Below, piece after piece: positions 1 to 9,226 of a stretch of DNA of 64,000 nucleotides. The position numbers were made by a program, and so were the translations under genes. Where the stretch lies: contig CP147778.1 in NCBI GenBank assembly GCA_037305845.1, positions 1,600,001 through 1,664,000 on the forward strand. Reading direction: 5' to 3'. Under the pieces are notes generated by a model, which saw nothing but the letters and a program-made list of their open reading frames with translations, ran no database searches and was not told where the DNA came from. Every line of letters begins with the position of its first letter. Positions within the stretch are counted from its first letter, which is position 1. This DNA is from Candidatus Freyarchaeum deiterrae (GTDB lineage: Archaea > Asgardarchaeota > Jordiarchaeia > Jordiarchaeales > Jordiarchaeaceae).

Positions 1-438
1 TGGTTCTACAGCTCTCTCGTCCCCTATATCTCCGAGGCTTGCTATTGCTTCCTCTCGGATGTTTGCATCATTATAACCTAGTGCTTGTATTAGTGGTTCC
101 ACAGCTCTCTCGTCCCCTATATCTCCGAGAGCGTCTGCTGCCCTAGTTCGAACTTCTTTGTCTTCATCCTCTTTTAGTGTCTTTATGAGTGGGGTCACCG
201 CTCTTTTGTCTCCTATTTCTCCTAGGGCTGATGCGGCTTGTTCTCGGATGCCGCTGTGTTCGTTTTCCTCTAGAGCCCGTATTAGTGGTTCCACCGCTCT
301 CTCATCTCCTATATCTCCTAGAAGTCTTGCTGCTTCCAAAGAATACCTATCGTTCTCTAGGAGTTTTATTAATCCTTCGATATCGCCGTATCTTGCCATA
401 TTTTCTAAATCTGGCTTGTTTTGCTCAAATTCGTCCAT
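1..438 (-). CDS. HEAT (PBS-lyase-type) repeat protein, 3' end runs off the window
   Basis: Hand translation from ATG at 438: [27 protein letters not shown]... followed by four repeats of A..LG(D/E)IGD(E/K)RAVxPLI. Not in the supplied ORF track because it is truncated. Confidence 0.9.
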   Translation of the reverse strand, partial: MDEFEQNKPDLENMARYGDIEGLIKLLENDRYSLEAARLLGDIGDERAVEPLIRALEENEHSGIREQAASALGEIGDKRAVTPLIKTLKEDEDKEVRTRAADALGDIGDERAVEPLIQALGYNDANIREEAIASLGDIGDERAVEP

Positions 439-450
439 CTCAACACCTGC

Positions 451-3400
451 TCATGCAAAATTATCTATACTGAATATTAGAAATTCAGCAAACGCATCCA
501 TTTTACCAGTTTTTCGCTCACTTATCCCCCAATTCTGCATCGCATCTAGTATTTTCCGCATCGGAGAAGGTAAAATAAGATAGTGGGTATCCTTGTAGTT
601 ATCGTTAAATTTCATTTCAAGACCCTTTAACGTCTCAGCCGGGGGTTGTTTAAATTTATCCCAAGCATTTCTAACCTTTACAGCATATCTCTCGTCTTCG
701 TAATCAATCCATTTTTTTTTGAGATTAAAGAACCAAGTATCTAAATCAAATTTTTCACCTACTGAAATTTTAGTGAATGTATTCCAATATAGATTAATTT
801 CATCCATTCTTTCTTGAGTAAGATTTTTTTCATATGGGATAAAATTAGGGCAATTAAGTTGAGCGAACTTTGGACTAAATATCTCCATAATAACTGATGG
901 TGCCAAGTCACTCTTGAGTTTAGTTCCTACACAAATCTGCTGTCCATCTATTTCTATCTTATATTCTTCACCAAGACGGGGATCATGGTTAGGATAAAGC
1001 GCCTCTTTCCCCCTAAACTTATCGATAGGAAGAATTACCTTAGCTTTTCTGCTTAAACCAAACATATGCAACATAAGTATAAATGATTTCATTGACGCCG
1101 GAACAGTTTCACGACTAGTATTAAGTGCGCATATTAAATCTAATTCCGATTTAGGAGCAAGTATAGCATTTCTTATATCTTCTTCGGTTCCCTCGCTCCT
1201 GTAAATGTTATATACAAAAATACCCTCTCCATAAATACTAGAACTTGCTGATAAAAGCATCCTTTCACGTAGGGATGCTATTCTCTCTAAAATGCCCATA
1301 GAATCTAACAAACGTAAACACTCCGTAGGATTGGTGAAAAGAAATCCTTGAAGCTGTTCATAAATTTTAGCAATACTACCGTGACTTGTTCCCTGCTCAG
1401 TACTGAGAAGTTCATGTGCATACTCGAACGTTTTTAGACCCTGATATACATCATTCAAAGCAATTGGAACGGATTTGCATTTATCCCAAACATTTGACCC
1501 TTTCAGTAAGTGATCATAACCGGGGATGGTTGTAATTTCTGGATTGGTAACGGGAGTTAAATCAAGTTTTCCATTAGAACCTATTTTGAGCCTGTATACT
1601 AAAAAGGAGTCAATTCTTGAAAAAAGTTTTTGTTCACAACTGGAAATTGGCATTTGTGGGCGTCTAGGGTCTCTGTTCCAAAATTTGAATAGTATTGATT
1701 CTGAGACAGTATCTTGAGTAATAGTAAATTTGTCGCCGTCAATAAGGCTTTGCTCACTTTTACTCTTCCAGATTGGAACATAGACATACGTATCACCATT
1801 TGGATCCCTTAGGCTACGTGCTTGATCTATAAAAGCAATAGTATCTTTAGCAGGGTCAAATTTTTCTTTAGAAAGCCACATAGTCTGGTCGTCTGGGTCT
1901 CTAGGACGCTCACTAATAGTATCTTTTGGAATTATCATAAATCCAAGGTTATCTATGTACTGTCCAAAATGCTTATGGAGTGAGGAGAGCTGGAGATTAT
2001 CAATTGTTTTGTCAATACTAATCTCTTTACCATCGTCAGTCTTCACTCTCCATCTATTATAGTTGAGCATATCGGCTGCTCTGTACTCGCCTAATAGGGC
2101 TACACCTTTTTGAGTCATTATTAAATGTTCAGTCATAAAACTTGCCTTATCGATGATATAAGTAACTCTTGAAAGTTCATTGCTAGGAATTGTAAGAAGC
2201 TTCTTCAACAAGTCTGGGTAGGATACACTTGATGCCCATTTACCTGACACATCTTTTTTTAACTCGGAGCCTAATCTGCCGTGAACATACCAAAGTGGTT
2301 TTCCAAGTATGTTCATGTATATTCCCCGCAATAAACTTCTAAGATGCTTGTTATCCGAAAATTTACCCTTTTCCGAGTTCCAAATGGGGGTCCATAATAG
2401 ACCAGTAACATGATCTAAGTTTTTTCTGAAAAAGCTGACCACTTCTGTAAAACCATCGTTCGACGCCGACCTTCTCCAAAATTCATATTCAGTACTACCA
2501 GACTGTGTTCGCATACCCTCTTCAGTTACATCAGTAGGAGGTTGCTTCAGATCTATCCATAGACCTGTATCTGGTTGGAAGAAAGCGATAATTTTCCCTG
2601 TTTTCCGATCGACTGTAAGCCGCACAATCGGCTGACCAGTCTGTGGGTCTATCGTTCTTCTAGCTAATCCGTTGTGTAATAGCCACTCATCATCCAGTAG
2701 ATATTTAGGATCTCTTGGGTCAGATTGTGAGGCAGTTAATTGTAAGAGTCCGATTCTTTTAGAACAAGCGTATGGACCATTATCAATTACTACTGTTACT
2801 TTGGGAACCGCATGCTCAGTGTCCTCAGTTACAATATATGAATATTTGAAAACCATTCCCCAAAAATCTAGACTAAATTCATTCTCATAATCGTCATATG
2901 CCCCAATTAAAGTTGATGTACGGTTGAAAAACACATTAGCAAAATCAACGGTATGCTCCCATAAAATTCCATAAAGCCCTAGTCCACCAGTAAACTTGCC
3001 TAATCCTCCGACGTACTCGTTTCGCCAAGTATAATACTTCGCCATTTTTTGATGTATTACGTTCCACGTGTTGTCCCTCTTTCCTACGATTTTATACGGG
3101 TTATAAGTCATCATAAGCCTTAGTAACATATTACCCCAAGTGGTTTGGCTCTCATCTCCATACCCGCCTGCTCTAGGCACATACACTATGAAATCATTCC
3201 AGATACCTGCGTGGTTTTTTGGGTCTAGAATCTCCTTTTGCCCATCCTTTAAAAGTTTATAAATCTCATTCCAATCGTATCCCAACCAATATTGCACAGC
3301 ATTAGTAGGCAAAGGTTCAGGATCGGCGTTGGTAGCGAAGCTGGTTTTTGAACTCCTTATCAATTGGGAGTACGATTTCTGGAATATCTGGTTGATTCTT

Positions 3401-5541
3401 CGCTGGACTTTTTCACTTGTTTCTTCCACGTATTTGAGGGCATCCATAAACACATCATATGGGAATTCGTGGCTCATGAGCCACTCGTCGAACAAGGTGT
3501 CGTAGAATATTGCTCTTCTTTTTTCCTTTCCCTCTTGCTCCGCAGGCTCTTTCATGCTATCCGCTTTCTTCGACACTTCCCCAGATAGTTTCAGAATCTC
3601 ATCCAAGGTTATGAAGTGAACTGTTCCATTTGGTTCACGGATGCGGAAAAATCCTTCAAGATTCAACGCTCCTTCCGTAGCGCGTAGAGCTTCCTTCGCG
3701 TTTTCATATATCTTGTTCAGAGTTTCCATCGTTCTTTTGGGTGTTCTCTCCAGTATTTTTACGAGTGATACGAAGGTCTGCTTATCCATTATTTTGTTCG
3801 TGTTGTACTCGTATCCGCGAATCTGTTTCTCGTCGAAGGGCAGTTTCCTTTTCTCCAGCGCCTGCACGACGTGATTCACATTACCCTTAAATTTCTCAAG
3901 AACTCTTTGCATCACGTTATCCATATCTCTACTCATAACCGGTTTGGGCATCACTACCCTGCGTTCACCAGCCTCTCTTCCCGAATCTCTTCCTTCAACC
4001 TTATTACCTTCTTTGGATGATTCCCCGCTTCTCTCTGCTGGTTCTCGCCTTTCTGCTTTCTCCGTCTTTTCGGGGGATTTATTGGAATCTGCTTCTTGGT
4101 TTTGTGGAATTTTTTCGGTTTCAGTCTTTTCTATTGGAGATAGGACTTGTTTTTCATCCTCGCTCTTCACTTCTTCTCCGGTGCTTCTCTCCTTAGGTGT
4201 GTATTCGACACTTACAGCCTTTTCCTCTGAGGAAATAAGGTATCTGTCTTCCTTCGCCTCGCCTCCACCCATCATTACATGTAGTGTTCCATTAGCTCCT
4301 CTATGCTCAGTTTCCACAGAGCCGATGTATTTCCCCTCAACTTTTCTTTCCCCCATTCCGAGGCTCCCCTCGCTTTTCTCAGAGCCTTCCGATGTGTGCT
4401 TCACCTCTTTTAGGGGTAAGTCTCCTTCTCTCTTCCAGAAATCCACCTCAATTGTTTTAACTGCGCCTTTGCCGTCTTCTCCCTCGGTTTTTTCGCGAAC
4501 CAGCATAGTTCCACTTATATGAGAATAACGAATATTCCCATCGCGGCTCAACCATTGCTCGGTTTTAGTCTTCCAGCCTAGTACGTTGGCGTAAGCGGGG
4601 TCGCTAGTTTGTTTTATTTCCGTCTTCACTTCGGGGGAATCCTTTAAAACGAGGATTGAGGCTTTATCTGAAGTGGTTTCCAATTTACTTTCCGATCTTT
4701 GCAGAGAAACGTCTAGGATATGTTTGATGTTGTCTACGAAGTCCTTCTGCTCCATGCTGAGCTCGAAACTTTTCCATTCTTGGCTCTGAATCCCTTCGGG
4801 TGTTTCGTGCGGTGGAACATTGGAACTCATACCACGAATATCCATGGAAAACGTTCCATCGTCATAATGAATTTCAACAGGTGGAAGATTCTCGTACCCG
4901 CTAACCCGCTCACCACTCGTTTCACTGTCCTTATTCTCTCCCTTCTTCTCTTCTTCTCTCCCTGCTTTCTCATATTCCCGCTTTTCCTTCTCCTCTACAT
5001 CATGTTCCCTCCTTAGTTCCTCCTCCTTCTCCTGCTGCTTCTCCTCTCTTTTCTCTGTCTCTTTCTCCGGTTCTTCTTCGCGATTTCTATCAGAGGCGGA
5101 CTCACTTTCTGGTTTTTCTGCGGTTTCCGGCTGGTCTCGGTTCTCCGCAAATTCCCCAGCTGGTTCAGAGTCTTCAGGTTTCTCTTTATCCTTTTCAGAC
5201 TCCTCTTCATGGCCTTCGGACGAAGGATGCTCTTCCTCAGTCTCTTTGGCGGCTTCCAACTGTTCTTCAGTCTCTACGTCTTCTCTGTTAGCCACTAAAT
5301 CCTCAGCACTACGCTCATCCATCTCCAAGTCTTCTCTGTTAGCCACTAAATCCTCTGCGCTTCGCTCATCTGCTTCCACATCTTCTCTATTCGCAACTAA
5401 ATCTTCAGCACTCCGCTCATCGTCCTCTAATCCCTTTTCATGAGCTTCGTCGCTATGAGGTTCCCTGTCTTCGTGTTTATCGGACGACCCTCTCTCTCCT
5501 CGCTCCATATGATTATTCCTTCCTCTGAGGGTATTTTTCAA
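451..5541 (-). CDS. Giant hypothetical protein (about 1696 aa) with acidic, low-complexity, repeat-containing N-terminus
   Basis: Long uninterrupted ORF overlapping the end of the upstream ATPase. E/K/R-rich first ~520 aa, globular-looking C-terminal ~1000 aa. No family recognised. Confidence 0.8.
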   Translation of the reverse strand: MKNTLRGRNNHMERGERGSSDKHEDREPHSDEAHEKGLEDDERSAEDLVANREDVEADERSAEDLVANREDLEMDERSAEDLVANREDVETEEQLEAAKETEEEHPSSEGHEEESEKDKEKPEDSEPAGEFAENRDQPETAEKPESESASDRNREEEPEKETEKREEKQQEKEEELRREHDVEEKEKREYEKAGREEEKKGENKDSETSGERVSGYENLPPVEIHYDDGTFSMDIRGMSSNVPPHETPEGIQSQEWKSFELSMEQKDFVDNIKHILDVSLQRSESKLETTSDKASILVLKDSPEVKTEIKQTSDPAYANVLGWKTKTEQWLSRDGNIRYSHISGTMLVREKTEGEDGKGAVKTIEVDFWKREGDLPLKEVKHTSEGSEKSEGSLGMGERKVEGKYIGSVETEHRGANGTLHVMMGGGEAKEDRYLISSEEKAVSVEYTPKERSTGEEVKSEDEKQVLSPIEKTETEKIPQNQEADSNKSPEKTEKAERREPAERSGESSKEGNKVEGRDSGREAGERRVVMPKPVMSRDMDNVMQRVLEKFKGNVNHVVQALEKRKLPFDEKQIRGYEYNTNKIMDKQTFVSLVKILERTPKRTMETLNKIYENAKEALRATEGALNLEGFFRIREPNGTVHFITLDEILKLSGEVSKKADSMKEPAEQEGKEKRRAIFYDTLFDEWLMSHEFPYDVFMDALKYVEETSEKVQRRINQIFQKSYSQLIRSSKTSFATNADPEPLPTNAVQYWLGYDWNEIYKLLKDGQKEILDPKNHAGIWNDFIVYVPRAGGYGDESQTTWGNMLLRLMMTYNPYKIVGKRDNTWNVIHQKMAKYYTWRNEYVGGLGKFTGGLGLYGILWEHTVDFANVFFNRTSTLIGAYDDYENEFSLDFWGMVFKYSYIVTEDTEHAVPKVTVVIDNGPYACSKRIGLLQLTASQSDPRDPKYLLDDEWLLHNGLARRTIDPQTGQPIVRLTVDRKTGKIIAFFQPDTGLWIDLKQPPTDVTEEGMRTQSGSTEYEFWRRSASNDGFTEVVSFFRKNLDHVTGLLWTPIWNSEKGKFSDNKHLRSLLRGIYMNILGKPLWYVHGRLGSELKKDVSGKWASSVSYPDLLKKLLTIPSNELSRVTYIIDKASFMTEHLIMTQKGVALLGEYRAADMLNYNRWRVKTDDGKEISIDKTIDNLQLSSLHKHFGQYIDNLGFMIIPKDTISERPRDPDDQTMWLSKEKFDPAKDTIAFIDQARSLRDPNGDTYVYVPIWKSKSEQSLIDGDKFTITQDTVSESILFKFWNRDPRRPQMPISSCEQKLFSRIDSFLVYRLKIGSNGKLDLTPVTNPEITTIPGYDHLLKGSNVWDKCKSVPIALNDVYQGLKTFEYAHELLSTEQGTSHGSIAKIYEQLQGFLFTNPTECLRLLDSMGILERIASLRERMLLSASSSIYGEGIFVYNIYRSEGTEEDIRNAILAPKSELDLICALNTSRETVPASMKSFILMLHMFGLSRKAKVILPIDKFRGKEALYPNHDPRLGEEYKIEIDGQQICVGTKLKSDLAPSVIMEIFSPKFAQLNCPNFIPYEKNLTQERMDEINLYWNTFTKISVGEKFDLDTWFFNLKKKWIDYEDERYAVKVRNAWDKFKQPPAETLKGLEMKFNDNYKDTHYLILPSPMRKILDAMQNWGISERKTGKMDAFAEFLIFSIDNFA
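5270..5422 (-). repeat. Three tandem 51-bp (17-aa) repeats DERSAEDLVANRED(V/L)Ex
   Basis: tcttctct(g/a)tt core recurs at 5279, 5330 and 5381. Confidence 0.9.
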
Positions 5542-8002
5542 CAGCTAGTTTTTGGAGAGTGCTTAGAATTTCCTCTTTTCTGTCTGGGGCGTTTTGGAAA
5601 CTGGCTATGTTTTCCGCGGTTCTCTCAAGAAAACGCGTCAGCTTTTGATACGGGGGTTGATTCATCTCTTGGTATATCTCGCCGAACTTTGCGGTGTTAA
5701 CTACCTCCCTGACTTTTGCATACAACCTATCCTCAACCGGCTCCTTCCCCACAACTGCTGCTGCTTTTACTGCATTTTCTCCTGTGTTTTCCTGATGGCT
5801 TGCGTGTTGAGCGTAGACTTCGCTGGGCATCACGTCTAGTAAGGGGTTGTGTTCACGCCAGCGGTACCTCTTGTAGAGGTGCTCCATGCTTTTCTTCACC
5901 GTCTCGTTGCTGACCGGCTGGAGGTCGTATCCCAGCTCCTTGAGGTTGGGTACCTTGACCTGCTTCACCGGCTGGCCCTGATTCCATAGGAGGGCGACCC
6001 CGGTCTCGAAGTCCAGTATGGCCCGCATCTGCTCCTCGTTCAGCCCAATGCTCAACCCCATGCGCTTCCGATCCTCCTCGTCCGGCAGCTGGAGCAGAAA
6101 CTTGGTGTTAGTGTTCTTCATAGCGTCCTCAGGCAGCCTCCCCGGGTACTGGTCGACGAGAACCACTCCCAACCCGAAGGATCGCGCCTCACTCAGAAGC
6201 TGACTCAGAACCTTGCTCGAGAACTCCCCCACACGTGATTTATCATCCCCGAAACTGCCCTTCCTGTTTCCAACGACACGGTGAGCCTCCTCTATGACGC
6301 ACAGCATATCCACACCCTCCTTCTTTTTCTCCCCATCTTTTTCCCTGACGCGTTGGTTCTCGTATATCCAGTTGAGGAGCAGGGAAGCTACGAGGGCTTT
6401 GTCATCATCTGACAGGCTCTGAAGCTCGAATACAGCGGGTTTCTCCAGGAGGACTTCGAAGGGCATGCTCTCAGTGGGAACCAGCATTCTGCCCCGAACG
6501 TCCATGGTTAGGCTGCGTATACGAGTTATGAAGGCTCCGATAACGTTGCGCTTGAATTCCTCATCGTAGGTTGCGTTTTGGGCGACCTCCCTCATCGCGT
6601 CGCACAGGTCTATTAGGTTTGGGGTGGTCTCTCCGTGAGCTTCTCCCTCCGTGTCCCATCCCTTCTTTCTGTAGGCTTGATTTAGAGACATTCGGAGGAA
6701 CTCGGGCATCGGGTCCCAGAGGTAGAAAACGTAGCTGAATATCTCGACGAGTTCCGCGATGTGCGTCGCCACCAGTATTCCCTTAGTCACTTCTAGCGGG
6801 TTGAATCTTATGGGGCAGAGGAGTTCGTTGCCAGCCGTGAACACGTTTATGTCCATGTAGTTCAGGAGGGCTCGGTACTCCTGCTTTATGGGTTCAATCA
6901 CGATAAAGTTTATCCCCATCTCTTGGAGTTTAATGCAGAAGTAGAGCATAAGGTTGCTCTTCCCAGCCTTAGTCGACCCCACAACCAGTACGTGCGCGTC
7001 GAGGAATCTGAGCTCGAGACCCACCTTCATATCCAGCATACGCCCATCCCTCATGAGGCTGCCCACCGGTAGGCTCGGACTCTTTGGGGACGTCGGGGCG
7101 TGGGCGAAGGCCGCAACCTTCCTGATCCTGACCCCCACATCCTTTCTGGGTAGCTGGAGCAGGGCTGAAGCTTCCCAGCGGGATATGTTCATGGGGGCTT
7201 CGCAGCGCAGGTTGATGAGTTCCTCCAGAATCTTTTGAGCCTTTGTGCCAGAGGCGGTCTTCAGATGATTGGGTTTCGGGTTCTCGAGACCTGAGGCTAG
7301 TGAGCCGGCTAGGGTTTCGGCGTTCAGTTGGGCTTCCTCGGCTGTTTTTCCGGAGACCACTACGTAGATGCCCATTTTCACCAGGCCGTGCTCTATTTCG
7401 AGCTGGAGCCGCTTCTCTCTGAGGGACATCTGGTAGTTTTTCTTCTCCGCCCTCTTCTGGGTGAGTTCATTGAACAGTTTTCTTCTCCGGTACAGGTGGA
7501 GCCTTTCGGATATGGGGGTGAGGGGTTCCACGTAGATGTACACGAAGCCGTTCAGCTCGCGCTGTACGAGTTGCTCGTAGACTGCTTCCAGGGGAAATTC
7601 CGCGAGGGGGCGGGCTTTTCCAGACAGGTGAATTATGAAGGCGTTCGGAACCACGATGTTCGCGTGTTTGGTATGTTCTGTTTTCAGCCCCGGGATGCGG
7701 GATTCGTAGATTGCTCCAAGGTATTGTGCCGCCTGTTCTCCGCCCTGAACTATGAAGAACATGCTTCCCACGCCCTTCGTGAAGCCGGTGATAAAAGCGA
7801 ACCTTCTCCTCTTAGCCGCCATGGCGTGGATGAGTGCCCTGGCTTCGGAGTTCTCCGGGACGGGGAGGGCGTCTGGTGGAGGCGTCTCGTGGTCTTGATC
7901 CTTCTTCAGTTGCCGTATGAGGTAGTTTTCGGGAATCTCTAGAATCTTGACGTATCCCAGTTCATACTTCTTCTTCCTGCGTCTCTTACTACTATTAGGC
8001 AC
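5513..8002 (-). CDS. HerA/FtsK/VirB4-like P-loop ATPase (DUF87-type)
   Basis: Walker A HVLVVGSTKAGKS, Walker B VIEEAH, EARSFGLGVVLVDQxP motif. Confidence 0.85.
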   Translation of the reverse strand: MPNSSKRRRKKKYELGYVKILEIPENYLIRQLKKDQDHETPPPDALPVPENSEARALIHAMAAKRRRFAFITGFTKGVGSMFFIVQGGEQAAQYLGAIYESRIPGLKTEHTKHANIVVPNAFIIHLSGKARPLAEFPLEAVYEQLVQRELNGFVYIYVEPLTPISERLHLYRRRKLFNELTQKRAEKKNYQMSLREKRLQLEIEHGLVKMGIYVVVSGKTAEEAQLNAETLAGSLASGLENPKPNHLKTASGTKAQKILEELINLRCEAPMNISRWEASALLQLPRKDVGVRIRKVAAFAHAPTSPKSPSLPVGSLMRDGRMLDMKVGLELRFLDAHVLVVGSTKAGKSNLMLYFCIKLQEMGINFIVIEPIKQEYRALLNYMDINVFTAGNELLCPIRFNPLEVTKGILVATHIAELVEIFSYVFYLWDPMPEFLRMSLNQAYRKKGWDTEGEAHGETTPNLIDLCDAMREVAQNATYDEEFKRNVIGAFITRIRSLTMDVRGRMLVPTESMPFEVLLEKPAVFELQSLSDDDKALVASLLLNWIYENQRVREKDGEKKKEGVDMLCVIEEAHRVVGNRKGSFGDDKSRVGEFSSKVLSQLLSEARSFGLGVVLVDQYPGRLPEDAMKNTNTKFLLQLPDEEDRKRMGLSIGLNEEQMRAILDFETGVALLWNQGQPVKQVKVPNLKELGYDLQPVSNETVKKSMEHLYKRYRWREHNPLLDVMPSEVYAQHASHQENTGENAVKAAAVVGKEPVEDRLYAKVREVVNTAKFGEIYQEMNQPPYQKLTRFLERTAENIASFQNAPDRKEEILSTLQKLAVEKYPQRKE

Positions 8003-8137
8003 TTATATTACCCTTTCAGAAATTTTTGTAAACAGCAAAATATTTTCTGAAGAAACTATTTAAAGACAGCAAATCTGGTGTTCTTTTGAAAAGGTAGAAG
8101 ATGTTATCGAAAAACTAATCTAGCTGTGAACTTTTTA

Positions 8138-8473
8138 TTAGATTAGTAGGAGTGCTGCGGCTGCGGCGGTTGTTGTGCCTCCTTGCTGGGCTAGCCATTG
8201 GTAGATGAGCGTGTAGAGGTAGATTGAGAGGTACTGCACCACTCCGCCCATGGCTTCCGAGATGAGGGGCAGGACGGTTTGCCATGTAACGGAGAGTCCG
8301 ATGATGAACAGGCTGACAATCAAACCTATAATGGGACCCGTGCGGTTGTAGGAGGTCGCCAGCTTCACCAGGTTAAGTACGAGCAGACCTATTCCGACCA
8401 CTAGGACAATCCCGAAGACAATGTTGAGCAGGCCATTAGTCAGAGGGTTGTACACAAACCAGAACGGATCCAT
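8138..8473 (-). CDS. Small hydrophobic membrane protein (2-3 TM, pilin/VirB2-like size)
   Basis: Hydrophobic segments. GGAGG-type RBS upstream. First gene of the minus-strand cluster. Confidence 0.75.
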   Translation of the reverse strand: MDPFWFVYNPLTNGLLNIVFGIVLVVGIGLLVLNLVKLATSYNRTGPIIGLIVSLFIIGLSVTWQTVLPLISEAMGGVVQYLSIYLYTLIYQWLAQQGGTTTAAAAALLLI

Positions 8474-8598
8474 GATAAACCATTCCTCCCTCTACTTTTT
8501 CAGGAAAGATATATGAACACCACGAAAAATGAAAAAACGGTGGGGGAAGAGAAACTCGCTCACTCACTCAAACCTCTAAACGTGTACATGTTTTACTC

Positions 8599-8717
8599 TA
8601 GGGAATAAGTACGCACCAGGCTACAAAAATAGAGATACTCCTATTCCGAAAAATAGGAGGAGAGGATTTGTGATGGACACGTACTGGAGCCTAGTGCGCT
8701 ACTTTATAGTTGCCCTA
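8599..8717 (-). ncRNA. Candidate structured RNA or cis element upstream of the membrane-protein gene
   Basis: 12-bp stem GCGCACUAGGCU/AGCCUGGUGCGU that pairs fully on the minus strand only (two G-U pairs). It encloses an 8-bp hairpin ctcctatt/aataggag. Confidence 0.35.
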
Positions 8718-9226
8718 AAGACTACATTCTCTAGTGGCAGCCTCAAATACTATGAAATCTCTTAAAAACCCCGCGTTACTGCAAATATTCCAAAATTTCT
8801 AGCAATATCCTCATTGCCAAGGCGATTTCAAGCGCCATTCTTCATATTCTCTAGATAATCCCATGTCTAAAGAACTATAACTAGAAGATAACTCTGAAAC
8901 AACAGAAGTACGGTGAGCAATTATATATAACGAACTATGTATAACGAATGGATAACAGATATCTGTAGAAAACACGATGGGGAAATATTTTGCCTGCCTG
9001 ATTCATAAACAGTATTCAGTAACTTGAACACGAGTTATGGATCAACCAAGTATAGCAACTACGTTTACGAGAAAAAATTTCCAGTGCATGTCCGAATATA
9101 TTTCAAAAAATTTTTATGAGGCCTAGGATCTCTCGGCATTTCTGTAATAATTATGAGATATTAATAACCATAAAAATTTTATCTATTAACCTCAAATATA
9201 TTTCAGCAACGAGAAGGATGAGAGTA

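Noticed and set aside
158-583. Plus-strand Ser-rich ORFs antisense to island genes (also 3944-4522, 24941-25660 and similar)
   Set aside because: Antisense shadows of well-supported genes on the opposite strand.
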